Below are positions 36,131 through 45,362 of a stretch of DNA of 54,865 bases, piece by piece. Origin of the DNA: Prochloron sp. SulCav_FS08_3_32_3330 (GTDB lineage Bacteria > Cyanobacteriota > Cyanobacteriia > Cyanobacteriales > DYNF01); assembly GCA_020721205.1 (NCBI GenBank), contig DYNF01000010.1, positions 1 to 54,865 on the forward strand, read 5' to 3'. The notes beneath the pieces were generated by a model. That model searched no databases, was not told where the DNA came from, and saw nothing but the letters and a program-made list of their open reading frames with translations. Each line of letters begins with the position of its first letter. The stretch's first letter is position 1. The position numbers and the translations under genes were made by a program.

Positions 36131-36979
36131 ATGACTAATCAAAAAATTTTAATTTGTACCGATTTAGATCGCACTTTAATTCCGAATGGAGACCATCCAG
36201 AATCCCCTAATACTAGGGTATTATTTACTCAATTAGTATCAGATTCTCAAGTTAATTTAGCTTATGTTACGGGTAGAGATCAAGGATTAGTAGAAGATGC
36301 GATCGCTGAGTATAATTTACCGATTCCTGATTTTGTAATCGCCGATGTGGGGGCGAATATTTATGAAATTAAAAATCAAAAAGAATGGTTAAAAATTCAT
36401 GATTGGAGTAGTAAAATTTCCGTTAATTGGCAACAGAAAACTCAGCCGGATTTAGTGCCTTTTTTTGAAGATTTAAAAGAATGTCGTTTACAGGAAAATC
36501 AAAAACAAAAGTTACATAAATTAAGTTATTATGTGAATTTAGATGCAGATATTCAAACTTTAATCAAAGAAATAAAATTAAGGTTAGAAAATATCGGAAT
36601 TGAAGCTAATTTAATTTGGAGTATTGATGAACAGGAAAATGTCGGATTACTTGATATTTTACCCGAGAGTGCTAATAAAAAATTAGCGATGGAATTTTTA
36701 ATGAATCATCAAGAATTTTCCCTTAAAAATACTGTTTTTTCGGGAGATAGTGGTAATGATCTTGATGTTTTAATTAGTCCAATTAAATCAATTTTAGTGG
36801 CAAATGCTCATCCCGAATTGAAGAAAAAAATAACAGCAGAAATTGCCATAAATAAGCATTTAAGTAACTCTCTTTATCTTGCCCAAGGTAATTACTTAAA
36901 TCTTAATGGTAATTATAGTGCAGGAATTTTAGAAGGAGTTAATTATTATTTTCCTGAATTAATTAATTTTAATTATTAA
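36131..36979 (+). CDS. spp: HAD-IIB phosphatase, probable sucrose-6F-phosphate phosphohydrolase
   Basis: 282 aa. Motif I is ICTDLDRTL (DxDxT), motif II is YVTGR and motif III is SGDSGNDLDVL. It lies between sps and the fructokinase. Confidence 0.6.
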   Translation: MTNQKILICTDLDRTLIPNGDHPESPNTRVLFTQLVSDSQVNLAYVTGRDQGLVEDAIAEYNLPIPDFVIADVGANIYEIKNQKEWLKIHDWSSKISVNWQQKTQPDLVPFFEDLKECRLQENQKQKLHKLSYYVNLDADIQTLIKEIKLRLENIGIEANLIWSIDEQENVGLLDILPESANKKLAMEFLMNHQEFSLKNTVFSGDSGNDLDVLISPIKSILVANAHPELKKKITAEIAINKHLSNSLYLAQGNYLNLNGNYSAGILEGVNYYFPELINFNY

Positions 36980-36984
36980 AAAAT

Positions 36985-37866
36985 ATGATGAATCAACAAG
37001 TTGTTATTTTTGGTGAAGTTTTATTTGATTGTTTCCCCGATCGCAAGATCATCTTAGGGGGAGCGCCTTTTAATGTAGCTTGGCATTTACAAGCTTTTGG
37101 TATTTCTCCTTTATTTATTTCTCGGATTGGTAATGATCAATATGGGGAAAAAATCAAAGAATCTATGCTAAATTGGGGCATGAATATTAATGGTTTACAA
37201 ATAGATAATATTCATCCCACAGGGATAGTTAAAATCCAATTTATTCAGAATGAACCTAATTATGAAATAGTGGAAAATAGTGCTTATGATTTTATTGAAT
37301 ATGATCAAATTCCTGAGTTTAAAAAAGACAGTATTCTCTATCATGGTACTTTAGCTTTAAGAAATAAAAATTGTTTACAAACTTTACAACAAATCAAAAA
37401 TAAAATTAATCCGGCTATCTTTTTAGATGTTAATTTAAGAAGTCCTTGGTGGAATTTAGAAACGATTAAATTATTATTAGAAAAAACAACTTGGTTAAAA
37501 TTAAATGAAGATGAATTACCCTTAATTGTACCTCAAGAAAGTAATATAGAAGATCAAATTAATTTTTTATTTAATAATTATTCTTTAAAATCTATTACTT
37601 TAACTCAAGGAAAAAAGGGAGCAATTACATTTTTCCCCGATCAAACTAATGATAAAATTGCCCCTTCTCAAACCAATAAAGTAATAGATACAGTAGGGGC
37701 AGGAGACGCTTTTTGTAGTGTTTTAATTTTAGGTTTAGTCAAAGGTTGGAAAATGGAAAAAACCTTAACAAGAGCGCAAGAATTTGCTAGTATGATCGTA
37801 GGGATCAGGGGAGCAACTATTCAAGATCAATCTTTTTATCATTCAGTGTTAAAAAAATGGGATTAA
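36985..37866 (+). CDS. PfkB-family sugar kinase, probable fructokinase
   Basis: 293 aa. N-terminal GEVLFD...GGAPFNVA and C-terminal DTVGAGDAF (PfkB signature 2). Its start lies 5 bp after the spp stop. Confidence 0.7.
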   Translation: MMNQQVVIFGEVLFDCFPDRKIILGGAPFNVAWHLQAFGISPLFISRIGNDQYGEKIKESMLNWGMNINGLQIDNIHPTGIVKIQFIQNEPNYEIVENSAYDFIEYDQIPEFKKDSILYHGTLALRNKNCLQTLQQIKNKINPAIFLDVNLRSPWWNLETIKLLLEKTTWLKLNEDELPLIVPQESNIEDQINFLFNNYSLKSITLTQGKKGAITFFPDQTNDKIAPSQTNKVIDTVGAGDAFCSVLILGLVKGWKMEKTLTRAQEFASMIVGIRGATIQDQSFYHSVLKKWD

Positions 37867-37993
37867 AATTTAGGCGTTGCATAATTAAGGTATGATAAAA
37901 TCTCGCAAAGGCGCAAAGAACGCAAAGAAATATTTTTAAATCCATTTAAAGCTAATATAAATCGTTAACTAAAGTTAACTAAAAAAATACAAT

Positions 37994-38746
37994 TTACTTC
38001 GACTTTGAAAAATGTAAATTTACCCAGTTAAAAGCACTTTGTACATCCCCAACTTGATCCCCTTCTGGTAAGAGAGGACGTTGTATCATAACCACAGGTA
38101 AATCCATTTCTCTAGCGGCGATAATCTTGGCATAAGTAGCATTCCCCCCACTATTTTTACTGACAATAACCTCAATTTTATGTTCTAATAATAAAGAACG
38201 TTCTTGTTCTAAAGAAAAAGGACCTCTCGCTAAAAGTAATTTCCCCGGTGGGATCGAAATATTAGATTCGGGAGGGTCAATCATACGCATCAAAAACCAG
38301 ATTTCCTGAAGTTTGGCATAAGTTGCCAGTTCTTGACGACCAATCGTCAGAAATACCCGTTTTGCTAGGTTTGGGAGCATTTTTGCGGCGGTTTCATTAT
38401 TTTCTGTTTCAATCCAACGATCGCCCGTTACTTTTTCCCAAGGCGATCGCACTAATTTTAATCTGGGAATACCCACTGAAAGACAAGCATGAAAGGCATT
38501 CCAAGCCATTTGAGAAGCAAAAGGATGGGTGGCATCAATCAGAAAATTAATTTTTTCCTGTTGTAAATAATTTATTAATCCGGGAACACCACCAAATCCA
38601 CCAATACGAGAACTTTGGCTTACAGGTTGACGAGTCCTCCCTGCTAAAGAAGTAATCACTTCTAAATCAGAAAGAGTGTTAACTAAAGACTGTAATTTTA
38701 CAGCATCCGTTGTACCACCTAAAATAAGTAATCGTGGTTTTACCAT
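37994..38746 (-). CDS. cobK: Precorrin-6A / cobalt-precorrin-6A reductase
   Basis: 250 aa. N-terminal RLLILGGTTDAVKL and overall length are typical of CobK/CbiJ. Confidence 0.75.
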   Translation of the reverse strand: MVKPRLLILGGTTDAVKLQSLVNTLSDLEVITSLAGRTRQPVSQSSRIGGFGGVPGLINYLQQEKINFLIDATHPFASQMAWNAFHACLSVGIPRLKLVRSPWEKVTGDRWIETENNETAAKMLPNLAKRVFLTIGRQELATYAKLQEIWFLMRMIDPPESNISIPPGKLLLARGPFSLEQERSLLLEHKIEVIVSKNSGGNATYAKIIAAREMDLPVVMIQRPLLPEGDQVGDVQSAFNWVNLHFSKSK

Positions 38747-38749
38747 GAT

Positions 38750-38840
38750 TCACAAAAACGAAGGGAAATAGAAATTAAGATTATCCTCGTCAATTCTACA
38801 AGATTAGAAGAAATCTGGATCATGAAATTTCTATTTCCCT
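38750..38840 (-). terminator. Long-loop hairpin terminator downstream of psaD
   Basis: Perfect 15-bp stem gggaaatagaaatta / taatttctatttccc with about 47-nt loop. On the minus strand it is followed by a U-rich tract (ttcgtttttgtg). Confidence 0.45.
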
Positions 38841-38873
38841 AAGTTTTAACTAAATTTAATTAAACAAAGTTAA

Positions 38874-39299
38874 TTAAACTTCGTAAGGTGCTTTACCAGA
38901 AAATTTTACAGTTGCAGGTTCAGGATTTTGTCCGATCCGTCTGTCAACTTTACCAGCGAAGGCGCGACCTTCATTTACTTTTTCAGGGAACACGCCATCA
39001 GCCGGATGCAGATAGGTGGTTTCACCACTAGCACAAATCCGATAGATTTTGTAATCTTGGATTTTGGGTTTGAAAGTAGTGCGAAACTGTGTTCCAAGAG
39101 CGAGACATTGCTCTTTACGAGCGAAATAAATAAGGTTTTCACCTTGATTCATGGTTGCTGCGCCACCTGTAGGTAGTTCAAAAACTTGCTCTTTAGAACT
39201 TGTCCAAGTGATCGCATATTTTTCTTCCCGTTCAGCCGCAGATAGTAAACCACCTGTGCTACCGCCGAACTGAGGAGTTTTTCCAGTAAGCTCCGTCAT
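38874..39299 (-). CDS. psaD: Photosystem I reaction centre subunit II
   Basis: [32 protein letters not shown]...[21 protein letters not shown] matches PsaD. True start is taken at the internal Met (track ORF starts 19 codons earlier at 39356). Confidence 0.85.
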   Translation of the reverse strand: MTELTGKTPQFGGSTGGLLSAAEREEKYAITWTSSKEQVFELPTGGAATMNQGENLIYFARKEQCLALGTQFRTTFKPKIQDYKIYRICASGETTYLHPADGVFPEKVNEGRAFAGKVDRRIGQNPEPATVKFSGKAPYEV

Positions 39300-39442
39300 A
39301 AATTTTAAGTCCCAGTTTGTTTGAGTTTTCAAAAGGTATTTAACGAATGTTATCACTTTGTTTAGATTGATCTACATATTTCGTCAAGAAATGTAACAAT
39401 TTGTTATTAGTTATTGGTTTTTGGTTTTTGGTTCTTGGTTAT

Positions 39443-39484
39443 TCACTGTTCACTGTTCACTGTTCACTGTTCACTGTTCACTGA
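39443..39484. repeat. STRR heptamer array (TTCACTG)x6 overlapping the dusA stop codon
   Basis: ttcactgttcactgttcactgttcactgttcactgttcactg. Read on the minus strand it is CAGTGAA repeats encoding ...VNSEQ stop of dusA. Confidence 0.8.
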
Positions 39485-40432
39485 TAGAAGGGCATTTTTA
39501 ATCACTTGAGAGTCAGCACCCATAAGATGAGCGTTTTCACTAATAAATCTTTTCCATGCTTTAGTACCCGGCTCACCTGCAAATATTTGCAATAAATGAC
39601 GACTGATAGAATGTAATTTTAAGCCTTTACTTATCCACTCATCAATATAAGGGTACATTTTTTCGATAATTTCAACACGAGTTAAAGGTGTAACATCCTT
39701 GTGATAAATGTCTCGATCTACTGTGGCAAATAAATAAGGATTATCATAAGCGGCTCTACCGATCATTACTCCGTCTACAAATTTTAAATGCTGTTTAATT
39801 TCTTCTATTTTTGTAATACCTCCATTTATTTCGATCAATAAATGAGGAAAATCCTCTTTTAAACGATACACATCCTCGTAACGTAAGGGGGGGATTTCTC
39901 TATTTTCCTTTGGGCTTAAACCTTTTAACCATGCTTTGCGCGCATGAATGGTAAAACGCTCACATCCGGCTTCTGAGACAATCCTGATAAAATTCACTAA
40001 ATCCTCATAACGATCCAGATCATCAATTCCGATGCGATTTTTAACCGTAACGGGAATTGTAACAGCTTTTTGCATGGCGTTAACAGCGATCGCCACTTTT
40101 TCAGGAGTTGCCATTAAACAAGCGCCAAAACTGCCATTTTGCACCCGATCGCTAGGACATCCCACATTGAGATTAATTTCATCATAACCCCAATCTTGGG
40201 CAATTTTGGCACAAAAAGCTAAATTTTGAGGATTATCACCCCCTAGTTGTAAAGAAAGAGGTTTTTCTTCAAAAGAAAAATCTAATAATTTCGGGCGATC
40301 GCCATAAATAATGGCTGGAGTTGTGATCATTTCCGTATAAAGGAGAGTACACTGGGTAATTTGACGCAGAAAATAACGAAAATGACGATCAGTGCGATCC
40401 ATCATTGGTGCTAAACTTAAAGGATTAAACAT
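39464..40432 (-). CDS. dusA: tRNA-dihydrouridine synthase A
   Basis: 322 aa starting MFNPLSLAPMMDRTDRHFRYFLRQI. FMN-binding TIM-barrel motifs are present, including the catalytic Cys context LNVGCPS. Confidence 0.85.
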   Translation of the reverse strand: MFNPLSLAPMMDRTDRHFRYFLRQITQCTLLYTEMITTPAIIYGDRPKLLDFSFEEKPLSLQLGGDNPQNLAFCAKIAQDWGYDEINLNVGCPSDRVQNGSFGACLMATPEKVAIAVNAMQKAVTIPVTVKNRIGIDDLDRYEDLVNFIRIVSEAGCERFTIHARKAWLKGLSPKENREIPPLRYEDVYRLKEDFPHLLIEINGGITKIEEIKQHLKFVDGVMIGRAAYDNPYLFATVDRDIYHKDVTPLTRVEIIEKMYPYIDEWISKGLKLHSISRHLLQIFAGEPGTKAWKRFISENAHLMGADSQVIKNALLSVNSEQ

Positions 40433-40435
40433 AGT

Positions 40436-40545
40436 GGATAGTGGATAGTTGATAGTTGATAGTTGATAGTTGATAGTTGATAGTGGATAGTGGATAGTGG
40501 ATAGTGGATAGTTGATAGTGGATAGTTGATAGTTGATTTAATATT
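40436..40545. repeat. STRR heptamer array (GTGGATA/GTTGATA, about 15 units) abutting the dusA start codon
   Basis: gtggatagtggatagttgatagttgatagttgatagttgatagtggatag... The repeats end 3 bp from the dusA ATG (minus strand). Confidence 0.8.
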
Positions 40546-40560
40546 AATATTAATAAAAAT

Positions 40561-40647
40561 GGAGTGTGAGCGTCTCGCTCACTAGATTTGAGCATAAGTG
40601 AGCGAGACGCTAGATTTGAGCATAAGTGAGCGAGACGCTCACACTCC
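40561..40647. other. Nested perfect palindrome (22-bp outer stem, 43-nt loop containing a direct repeat)
   Basis: ggagtgtgagcgtctcgctcac-tagatttgagcataa-gtgagcgagacgc-tagatttgagcataa-gtgagcgagacgctcacactcc. The track ORF 40425-40649(-) is an artefact of these repeats. Confidence 0.6.
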
Positions 40648-40755
40648 AAAATTTGCCCAACCTATTTAGGATTACTATATTTGACAGTTGACAACTATTA
40701 ACTATCCACTGTCAACTGTCAACTAACTGATTATTGTCTCAAACAATCATAAAAA

Positions 40756-41136
40756 TTGCTTATGTCCTTTGAAAAACTACAACCAGCCTCCAAAGGGGAA
40801 GTCATGATTTATATGCCTTATTATCCCCAAAATAAACATGGTTTTCTACCCTACGCTATTAGTCTTTATCATCAATCTTCTTTAGAAGGAAAACGCAGAA
40901 TCGAAGGCGGGGATGGGATTCCCTTTATTGCTACTTGGTCTTTGTCTAAATTACCCTCAGAAATGACCCGTTGTCGTTTACAATTTGATGGTAATGCGGA
41001 TTATAGTTATGAAGTATCCCTCCCTAATTCTGAATTTATTGAATATTTAATTGAGGTTATTCGTAGTAATAAACAATCAAATGCGACGGATTTCCCTCAG
41101 CCTTTCTATCGTAAATTATTATCTTTAGCCTCTTAA
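40756..41136 (+). CDS. Hypothetical protein (about 124 aa)
   Basis: ORF with a plausible start at MSFEKL. No family recognised. Confidence 0.4.
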   Translation: MLMSFEKLQPASKGEVMIYMPYYPQNKHGFLPYAISLYHQSSLEGKRRIEGGDGIPFIATWSLSKLPSEMTRCRLQFDGNADYSYEVSLPNSEFIEYLIEVIRSNKQSNATDFPQPFYRKLLSLAS

Positions 41137-41216
41137 ACTAAGATTTTTAGTGAACAGTTAACAATTATCATTTATATATTTAATAATTAAATTTTTACTG
41201 TAAATTAGGAGTTAAT

Positions 41217-42287
41217 GTGTCAAATAATCCTCAAAAAAATTTATTGATCGGCTCAACAAATGCTTATAGTGGCAAATCCGCTGGAATTATTGGCTTAATT
41301 CCTCAACTAGAAAAAAGGGGCAAAAAAGTGGCTTACGGTAAGCCTTTGGGTACTCTTATTCGAGCTTCGTCTTCCCCGGCGATCGAGGAAGATTTACAAT
41401 TTATTCAACAAGTTTGCTCTTTAATGGATGATCAAGTTATATCTCCGGTTTTATTTTTAGATCATCCTACCATTAATAACAGAATAAAAGGCGAAGATAC
41501 TACGGATTATTCTAGTCAATTACAGGCTAAAATTAAAGAAATATCAGCAGATATTGTCTTATTGGAAGGTCCGGCTACTCTTTGGGAAGGAAGTTTATTT
41601 AATCTTTCTACTATTCAAATGGCGGAGGCTGTGAATGCTTCTATTTTGTTAGTTGTACCTTATAGTGCTGTGGCTTTAGTAGATAGTCTTTTAACTGCTC
41701 AACAATTTCTCGGCGATCGCTTGTTAGGGGTATTAATTAATCAAATTCCTGAAGAAGATTGGGATAATACTCATAATGCAATTACTCCGTTTTTAGAGGG
41801 TCATAATATTCCCGTTTTAGGAATGTTACCGAAAGATCGTTTACTTCATAGTTTGAGTGTGCGAGAAATAGCCCGTCGTTTAGATGCGAAAGTCTTATGT
41901 AGGGCTGATCGTCTTGATCTGATGGTGGAAAGTTTAACGATCGGGGCGATGAATGTCAATTCGGCGTTAGAATATTTCAGACAAAGGGAAAATATGGTGG
42001 TGGTAACAGGGGGCGATCGCACGGAGTTACAGTTAGCGGCGTTAGAAACTTCTACTCAATGTTTAGTTTTAACGGGGCGTGTAGCACCTGTGCCGTTAAT
42101 ATTAAGTCGTGCTGAGGATTTAGAAATTCCAATTTTAGCAGTAAATTATGATACTTTAACGACTGTGGAAATTATTGACAATGCGTTAGGAAAAGTACGT
42201 TTACAAGAATCAATTAAAGTGCAACAAATTAAAGATATTATGACACAATATTTTGATGTAGATCGGCTACTTTCACTGATTAGTTAA
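41217..42287 (+). CDS. BioD/CobQ-like P-loop N-domain + DRTGG-domain protein (homologue of the N-terminal region of phosphotransacetylase)
   Basis: 356 aa with GTG start and AGGAG RBS. N-terminal LLIGSTNAYSGKSAGIIGL is P-loop-like. C-terminal MVVVTGGDRTELQLAAL matches the DRTGG motif. Confidence 0.5.
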   Translation: MSNNPQKNLLIGSTNAYSGKSAGIIGLIPQLEKRGKKVAYGKPLGTLIRASSSPAIEEDLQFIQQVCSLMDDQVISPVLFLDHPTINNRIKGEDTTDYSSQLQAKIKEISADIVLLEGPATLWEGSLFNLSTIQMAEAVNASILLVVPYSAVALVDSLLTAQQFLGDRLLGVLINQIPEEDWDNTHNAITPFLEGHNIPVLGMLPKDRLLHSLSVREIARRLDAKVLCRADRLDLMVESLTIGAMNVNSALEYFRQRENMVVVTGGDRTELQLAALETSTQCLVLTGRVAPVPLILSRAEDLEIPILAVNYDTLTTVEIIDNALGKVRLQESIKVQQIKDIMTQYFDVDRLLSLIS

Positions 42288-42307
42288 TAATTTATTGACA
42301 TCTTGTC

Positions 42308-42355
42308 ATAATCCTTGTAGAGCCGTAAAATTTTACGTCTCTACAAGGATTTTAG
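42308..42355 (+). terminator. Hairpin (13-bp perfect stem) downstream of the DRTGG gene, terminator-like
   Basis: aatccttgtagag-ccgtaaaattttacgtct-ctacaaggatttt. Confidence 0.4.
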
Positions 42356-42485
42356 ATGATCAAAAATATTTTCCTTTGACAAATCTAATCAAATCGTCTT
42401 AAATTTATTATTATATGCAATCGGATCATCAAAAATCAAAAATTAATTTTTGATTTTTTGATTTTTATATATTTACTTTATTTTC

Positions 42486-44969
42486 ATGAAAATCCAACAA
42501 AGAATTTTAATTACTACCACCGTTTTTTTATCTTTTATTTTAATACCTACTTTTTTAGTTTTAATTTTAATTTCTCGTCATTTTTTATTAGAAAGAACAA
42601 AAGAAGATGGTATTAGAATAGCTCAAACTGTGTCTAAAGGATTACAATTTGTAGAACAAACTCCGACAAAAGTTGAAGAAATTGTCGGAGAACAAATGGT
42701 AGTTCAAGCTACTATTACTGCTCATTTAATTAGTATTGCTAAACAAGCTAATTTAAGTAATTCAGAAATTATGAACCATTTAGATCATATTACTAATAAA
42801 ACCGAATTAGATGAATTTGTAATTACTGATGCTAAAGGTCACGCCTTTTTAAACAGTGTAAAAGGTGCTAATTTTACTTTTAATCCTGATCCAAAAATTC
42901 AACCTCAAGCTCATGTTTTTTGGGACTTATTAACAGGTAAAAAAGAGGTAGTAATTCAATCAGCTATGACAAGAGAAATTGATGATAAAGTGTTTAAATA
43001 TGTAGCAGTAGCGGGAGTAGATCAACCGAGAATTATTGAAATTGGTTATGAATTAAAATATTTAGATAAACTTAAACAAGAATTAGGTTTAGAAAATTTA
43101 ATTAGAGACTTATTAACGGATCATGAAGTAACTAGAATTATGGTATTTGATCCTAATTTAGAGATAATTATAGATGAAAATAAGACTAATTTTAAACAAG
43201 ATTTAGATCAAGATGAAGTAAAATTATTAAAACAATCTATTACCCAAAAAAATACCCATATTGATTTACATTCTAATGCCTTTAAAATAGCTACTCCTTT
43301 ATTAAATGAAAAGGGAGAAGTGATCGGTGTAACTTTGCTTAATTTTTCGACTCAATCTATTAATAATCACCTAAGAATTTTAGCTATTTCTTTTATTTTA
43401 GTAGGTTTATTTATCCTCGGAATTGGAATTTTCTTTTCTCTCCTTTTTGCTAAATATTTATCTCAACCAATTTTAGAATTAAATGAAGAAACTCAAAAAT
43501 TTTCTTTTGATGAATTTGAACCAATTAAAATTAAATCAAATATTTATGAGATCGCAACTTTATCTAATTCTTTTAATCTGATTGGAAGCAAATTAAAACA
43601 CAGTTTTAGGGAATTAGAAACGCAAAATTTACAATTACAAGAATTTAATCTCAATTTAGAAGAAAAAGTTAATCAAAGAACAGAAGAATTGGCAAAAACT
43701 AATCAAGAATTGAGAATTGCAACGGCTAAATCAGAAAAAGCGAATCAAGCTAAAAGTGAATTTTTAGCAAATATGAGTCATGAAATTCGTACTCCTATGA
43801 ATGGTATTATTGGTATGACAAGTGTTTTAGAAGATACAGAATTAAATGAAGAACAAAGGGAATTTTTGACCATAATTCGTAATAGTAGCAATGGACTTTT
43901 AACTATTATTAATGATATTCTTAATTTATCAAAAATTGAATCGGGAAAATTAGAATTAGAAAAAACCATTTTTAATTTAAAAAATTGCCTAGAAGAATGT
44001 TTAGATGTAATGAGGATCAAAGTGATAGAAAAAAAGTTAAAATTAACCTGTATAATCTCTCCTAATACCCCGGAAATAATTGAAGGTGATGAAACAAGAT
44101 TAAGACAAATTTTACTTAATTTATTAGGCAATGCTGTTAAATTTACCGAGGAGGGTAAAATCACTATTAATATAACAAGTAAACCCTTATTTTCTTTAAC
44201 AGAAAATGTTAATAATTCTGAAAATTATTATCTAATTGAATTTGCAATTAAAGATACGGGAATTGGTATTTCTCTTGAACAAATGGAGCGTTTATTTAAA
44301 CCTTTTAGTCAAGGAGATACTTCTACTACTCGTAATTATGGTGGAACAGGTCTAGGCTTAGTTATTAGTCAGCGTTTAACAGAAATGATGAAGGGTAAAA
44401 TGTGGGTATATAGTCGAGGAAATCTAGGAGGAAATCCTCCTGAAAATTGGCAATTTTCTTCACAAATTAATCAAGATCAAGGGGCAACTTTTTTCTTTAA
44501 TATTATTGTTAATCAAGCTAAACTTTCCTATCAATATAAAACTTTTAAACCGATTAAATCTGATTATGTTAATCAAAAAATCGCTCAAAAAATTCCCGCC
44601 TATATCCTTTTAGCAGAAGATAATATTGTTAATCAAAAAGTAGCTGTGTATCTTCTCAAAAAATTAGGATATTCCGTAGATATTGCTAATAATGGACTTG
44701 AAGTTTTAGAAGTGTTAAAATATCAATTTTATGATATTATTTTTATGGATATGCAAATGCCAGAAATGGATGGCGTAATGACAACTAAATCTATTCGTAA
44801 ACATTATCCAATGTATTCCCAGCCTTATATTATTGCGATGACAGCTAATGCAATGGAAGGCGATCGTCAAATTTGTTTAGATGCGGGAATGAATGATTAT
44901 ATTAGTAAACCGATTAAAAAACAGGATTTAATTAATGCTTTAGTTGACTATCAAAAAAGCATTAATTAA
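42486..44969 (+). CDS. Hybrid sensor histidine kinase (TM-dCache-TM-HAMP-HisKA-HATPase_c-REC), paralogue of 2781-5537
   Basis: 827 aa. H-box [19 protein letters not shown] boxes [15 protein letters not shown] and [11 protein letters not shown]-terminal REC carries ILLAEDN...[14 protein letters not shown]. Confidence 0.85.
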   Translation: MKIQQRILITTTVFLSFILIPTFLVLILISRHFLLERTKEDGIRIAQTVSKGLQFVEQTPTKVEEIVGEQMVVQATITAHLISIAKQANLSNSEIMNHLDHITNKTELDEFVITDAKGHAFLNSVKGANFTFNPDPKIQPQAHVFWDLLTGKKEVVIQSAMTREIDDKVFKYVAVAGVDQPRIIEIGYELKYLDKLKQELGLENLIRDLLTDHEVTRIMVFDPNLEIIIDENKTNFKQDLDQDEVKLLKQSITQKNTHIDLHSNAFKIATPLLNEKGEVIGVTLLNFSTQSINNHLRILAISFILVGLFILGIGIFFSLLFAKYLSQPILELNEETQKFSFDEFEPIKIKSNIYEIATLSNSFNLIGSKLKHSFRELETQNLQLQEFNLNLEEKVNQRTEELAKTNQELRIATAKSEKANQAKSEFLANMSHEIRTPMNGIIGMTSVLEDTELNEEQREFLTIIRNSSNGLLTIINDILNLSKIESGKLELEKTIFNLKNCLEECLDVMRIKVIEKKLKLTCIISPNTPEIIEGDETRLRQILLNLLGNAVKFTEEGKITINITSKPLFSLTENVNNSENYYLIEFAIKDTGIGISLEQMERLFKPFSQGDTSTTRNYGGTGLGLVISQRLTEMMKGKMWVYSRGNLGGNPPENWQFSSQINQDQGATFFFNIIVNQAKLSYQYKTFKPIKSDYVNQKIAQKIPAYILLAEDNIVNQKVAVYLLKKLGYSVDIANNGLEVLEVLKYQFYDIIFMDMQMPEMDGVMTTKSIRKHYPMYSQPYIIAMTANAMEGDRQICLDAGMNDYISKPIKKQDLINALVDYQKSIN

Positions 44970-45362
44970 AGTTAACTAAGAATTGTATTTTACCTATTCT
45001 TTATTTTCTATTTCCACAGATAACAAAGGAAGACGATCGCCCCGGAAAATTTCTTCACTCATTTTACCGAGTTCAATTAAATTATGATGAATATGAGTAA
45101 AAGTAGCTATTCCTACTAAAAAAGGAAGGGTAACAAAACTTAAACTAAGAGTTTTTGGACAGGGATTATTCTGTGTGTTAAGAGGAATATGAATTTTGGA
45201 TTGTTCTTGATCAAGATTAATCATAATTTTAAAAATTGGGTGATAATAAAAATAAATAACTTTTTCTCCATTTTAATCCAACAGATTACAATCAATCCCC
45301 TTGTACTCTGACAAAATTTAGATTAAAGTAATCTTAAATTCTTACGGTAAATTCTTGACGGT

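Noticed and set aside
38323-39176. ORFs 38323-38550(+) and 38928-39176(+)
   Set aside because: They are antisense to cobK and psaD respectively, with no RBS or conservation signal.
39300-39356. N-terminal 19-codon extension of psaD ([19 protein letters not shown])
   Set aside because: PsaD family proteins begin at the MTELTGKTP-type motif. The upstream ATG is most likely fortuitous.
40425-40649. Track ORF of 74 aa (-) with repeated LSTIHYQ motifs
   Set aside because: It is a translation of the GATAGTG heptamer array and nested palindrome and is not a gene.
43778-44164. 128-aa antisense ORF
   Set aside because: It lies inside the second histidine kinase gene on the opposite strand.
44994-45224. 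76-aa ORF (-) between the histidine kinase and the SGNH gene
   Set aside because: There is no convincing RBS and no recognisable features. It could be a small gene but the evidence is insufficient, so it is left uncalled.
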